Made by a program: the position numbers and the translations under genes | Notes under the pieces: generated by a model | What the model was told of the DNA's origin: nothing | The model's input: the letters and a program-made list of their open reading frames with translations, nothing else | Database searches by the model: none | Virus record (IMG/VR): IMGVR_UViG_3300028888_000053 | Location: 64,001 to 128,000 of that record | Source: a virus | Taxonomy: Duplodnaviria; Caudoviricetes | Strand: one strand, 5' to 3' | DNA length: 64,000 nt | Shown here: positions 62,008 to 64,000 of the stretch, piece by piece | How positions within the stretch are numbered: the first letter of the stretch is position 1 | Layout of the letters: each line of letters opens with the position of its first letter

Positions 62008-62289
62008 ATGAAGACATTTTTATTGAATGCCTTCTCGTTGCAGATGGTAGACGTGCCATGCTGTGTAAAGTTTGAGGAAGTTGACGAACTTCCAGATGGA
62101 CTAACCTCTGCAATTGGTCATCAAGATACAGCTAACGTTCTTGGTGTTCCAATGAACAGGATTAATGTTCATCTCTCTCAGGGTGATATTGCCTATGTAG
62201 CTCAGCTGCAAGGTGGTAGACTTCCTGAAGGGTCAACAACCTTACCTGAAGGGTTCTCCTTCAAGTACATCAAGGTTGTAGTAGACTAG
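62008..62289 (+). CDS. DUF1874 / STIV B116-like protein
   Basis: LLNAFSLQM..SAIGHQDTANVLG..NRINV.L..GD..VAQ..GRLPEG.T.LP; ends at TAG at the expected family C-terminus. Confidence 0.8.
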   Translation: MKTFLLNAFSLQMVDVPCCVKFEEVDELPDGLTSAIGHQDTANVLGVPMNRINVHLSQGDIAYVAQLQGGRLPEGSTTLPEGFSFKYIKVVVD

Positions 62290-62404
62290 CGAGAAGACAT
62301 TGTTGGGTTCATCCTATACCCAACGCGTAGACAAAATGGGGTTGACTTGAGAGGGGTTCAAATAGAAATTCCTCACAGTACTAATCTATTCAATAAAACA
62401 AAGG

Positions 62405-62641
62405 ATGGATAAGTACATGTTAAAATTCAATGGCTGTTTGAAATTCCTTGGTAGTTTTGAAGACTGTCAACGGAAGTTGAAAGAGATATACCCTGACAGA
62501 ATGAGTCAGAGATATTGCAGGATTGAGCGCTTCGATGAGAATCAACAACCAACAATGAAACATCCTCTTCGTGGAGTATTACCAACACCACGTCGTAGTC
62601 GTAGTTTCAGCTCAGACGGAGACGTTGAATACTATGATTAA
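62405..62641 (+). CDS. Early hypothetical protein
   Basis: 78-aa ORF. Confidence 0.6.
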   Translation: MDKYMLKFNGCLKFLGSFEDCQRKLKEIYPDRMSQRYCRIERFDENQQPTMKHPLRGVLPTPRRSRSFSSDGDVEYYD

Positions 62642-62689
62642 TTAATATACGTGAATACCCTCGCGATGGTGGCTAATCGCTAAAAAGAG

Positions 62690-62926
62690 ATGTATACAAT
62701 TCAAAAGCAAATCGGCAATCAGTGGCAGTATGTATTAGATATATTGACTTCTTCTTATGAGAAGGAAATCATATCGTTTATGAAGTCAATTACTACTGCT
62801 GGGGAAACTCTGCGTCTAGTAAAAGACGGTCGTGTGATATATCTTTATACGGTTATGGATACCAAACAATCCTGTGATGGGATTGGTAGTGAGTCAAAAA
62901 CTGCATTAAGAATCAATAAACGATGA
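62690..62926 (+). CDS. Early hypothetical protein
   Basis: 78-aa ORF, coupled to the next gene. Confidence 0.6.
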   Translation: MYTIQKQIGNQWQYVLDILTSSYEKEIISFMKSITTAGETLRLVKDGRVIYLYTVMDTKQSCDGIGSESKTALRINKR

Positions 62927-63240
62927 AACTTCAGCTAAAATACAAGGATTACGGTACCTCAGAAATGGGGTATCCGTACCTTGAAGACGAAGTTTGGTGG
63001 GAGAAGGAAGTATCCTGCCAAGCGGAACTTGAGGTCGCCAAACAGGAACTCTACGCGTATGTACGTAAGGAGTTCTCCATTGACTGGTTGGTTGACTCTC
63101 TAGAAGAGAAATCAGAGAAGTCATACACTCTCAATCACCTTCGTTGTGAAGTGGTGAATTTTGGGAGTGTGATTGATTGTTGGGAACTTCGAAAGAGTGA
63201 ATTCATCTTCAACCAAGACGTGGTTGAAGTGTTAGAATAA
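62923..63240 (+). CDS. Early hypothetical acidic protein
   Basis: 105-aa ORF. Confidence 0.65.
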   Translation: MKLQLKYKDYGTSEMGYPYLEDEVWWEKEVSCQAELEVAKQELYAYVRKEFSIDWLVDSLEEKSEKSYTLNHLRCEVVNFGSVIDCWELRKSEFIFNQDVVEVLE

Positions 63241-63289
63241 GATGGTTTGTTGTTCTAGGATTGTCAGTACGTGATGTATAGACAATCCA

Positions 63290-64000
63290 CCCTATGGCCT
63301 CATGTGTAAGCGTTTCCGTCGCGAGGCTATAAGTAGGTTACATACCGAAACTAATTACACATATCAAATCCAATGTGGGTAACCCATTGGCGGCAGGCTT
63401 CTTGTCGTAGGATAAACTCGTGAGAGTATAAAGTATACCCCTTAAGAAAGGGTGTGCGTTGGAGTAATCCAATCCGAAAGAAAGCAATGATAATCAAGTG
63501 GTATCTGTAGTATCCTCGGGCAGAGGAGAACGGGTATTACGGAGGCTCTAACCAAGCTTCCTTGGGTGGTAACACCGACAATGATTAGCATTAAGTAACT
63601 CCTGAAGATTGCCAGTCTTAAAGAGTTACTAATCTGTACTGAAAGACCTATGGACAGCCAATGTCCGGTTGTGTGTGGCAACGCATCTCAGAAATGATAG
63701 GTTAGTAGTAAGTATAGAAGTAAGTAGTCGTGGCAGACGAAAGCAGAAAGGCGTTGGGATATACGTTGGTCAAAAGCCAGTAAGTTCACAAGCAGGACTA
63801 CGTCTTTCGGGTTGGTTCTTTTATTATTAGTAATAATTATTAATTTTAAAAGTACAAAAGCAAAAATGTTCTGCACTCGGGACTAACAATCCAGTTGTTC
63901 TTCTGTAATACGAAGACTATCAAAAGTACCGCAAGGAAATTGGTAGAAATGAAACGAGTAATCAATTGGTAAGAGGAGGCATCCTCTGTATCCGCAAGAG
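63290..64000 (+). ncRNA. Large structured non-coding RNA candidate (ROOL/GOLLD-like class), probably truncated at the window end
   Basis: No plus-strand ORF of 60 aa or more; at least 7 GNRA-capped hairpins and longer G.U-containing helices. Confidence 0.6.

Noticed and set aside
63442-63876. Minus-strand ORFs 63442-63681 and 63688-63876
   Set aside because: They oppose the local transcription direction and lack protein-like features; the region is better explained as plus-strand structured RNA.

Overview
Segment of a large AT-rich, crAss-like (Crassvirales-type) phage genome. The host is probably Bacteroidota, because there are no Shine-Dalgarno sequences and the fibres carry dockerin, LamG and BspA-LRR modules. 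Positions 1 to ~60370 use a recoded genetic code in which TAG = Gln. The fragmented standard-code ORF track joins into long, tightly packed genes once TAG is read through, and an amber-suppressor tRNA (anticodon CUA) lies at 46815-46890. From left to right the window holds: small genes and glycosyltransferases; a ~28 kb block of tail-fibre/adhesin genes, including a ~2300-aa CotH-kinase/LRR protein; portal, terminase large subunit and a probable small subunit; GroES-like, PD-(D/E)XK nuclease, M15 peptidase and holin-like genes; and the suppressor tRNA. The main discovery is a ~13 kb array (47474-60371) of ten minus-strand genes. Nine begin with a version of one short leader (consensus MKKLI[P/K/S/R]K[G/H/A/N/F]QxG) and are fused to unrelated payloads: an HD phosphohydrolase, a Pol-beta-type nucleotidyltransferase, two ADP-ribosyltransferase-like domains, a lysozyme-like domain, a zincin protease and unknown domains. 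The tenth gene is a second zincin with a different N-terminus. The array looks like a cassette of virion-packaged effectors with a shared targeting signal. After a purine/G-rich control region (~60400-60690) the strand switches to higher-GC, standard-code early genes separated by related GNRA hairpins. The window ends in a large, ornate non-coding RNA candidate (~63290-64000+). All translations and motif calls were made by eye; no database searches were run.
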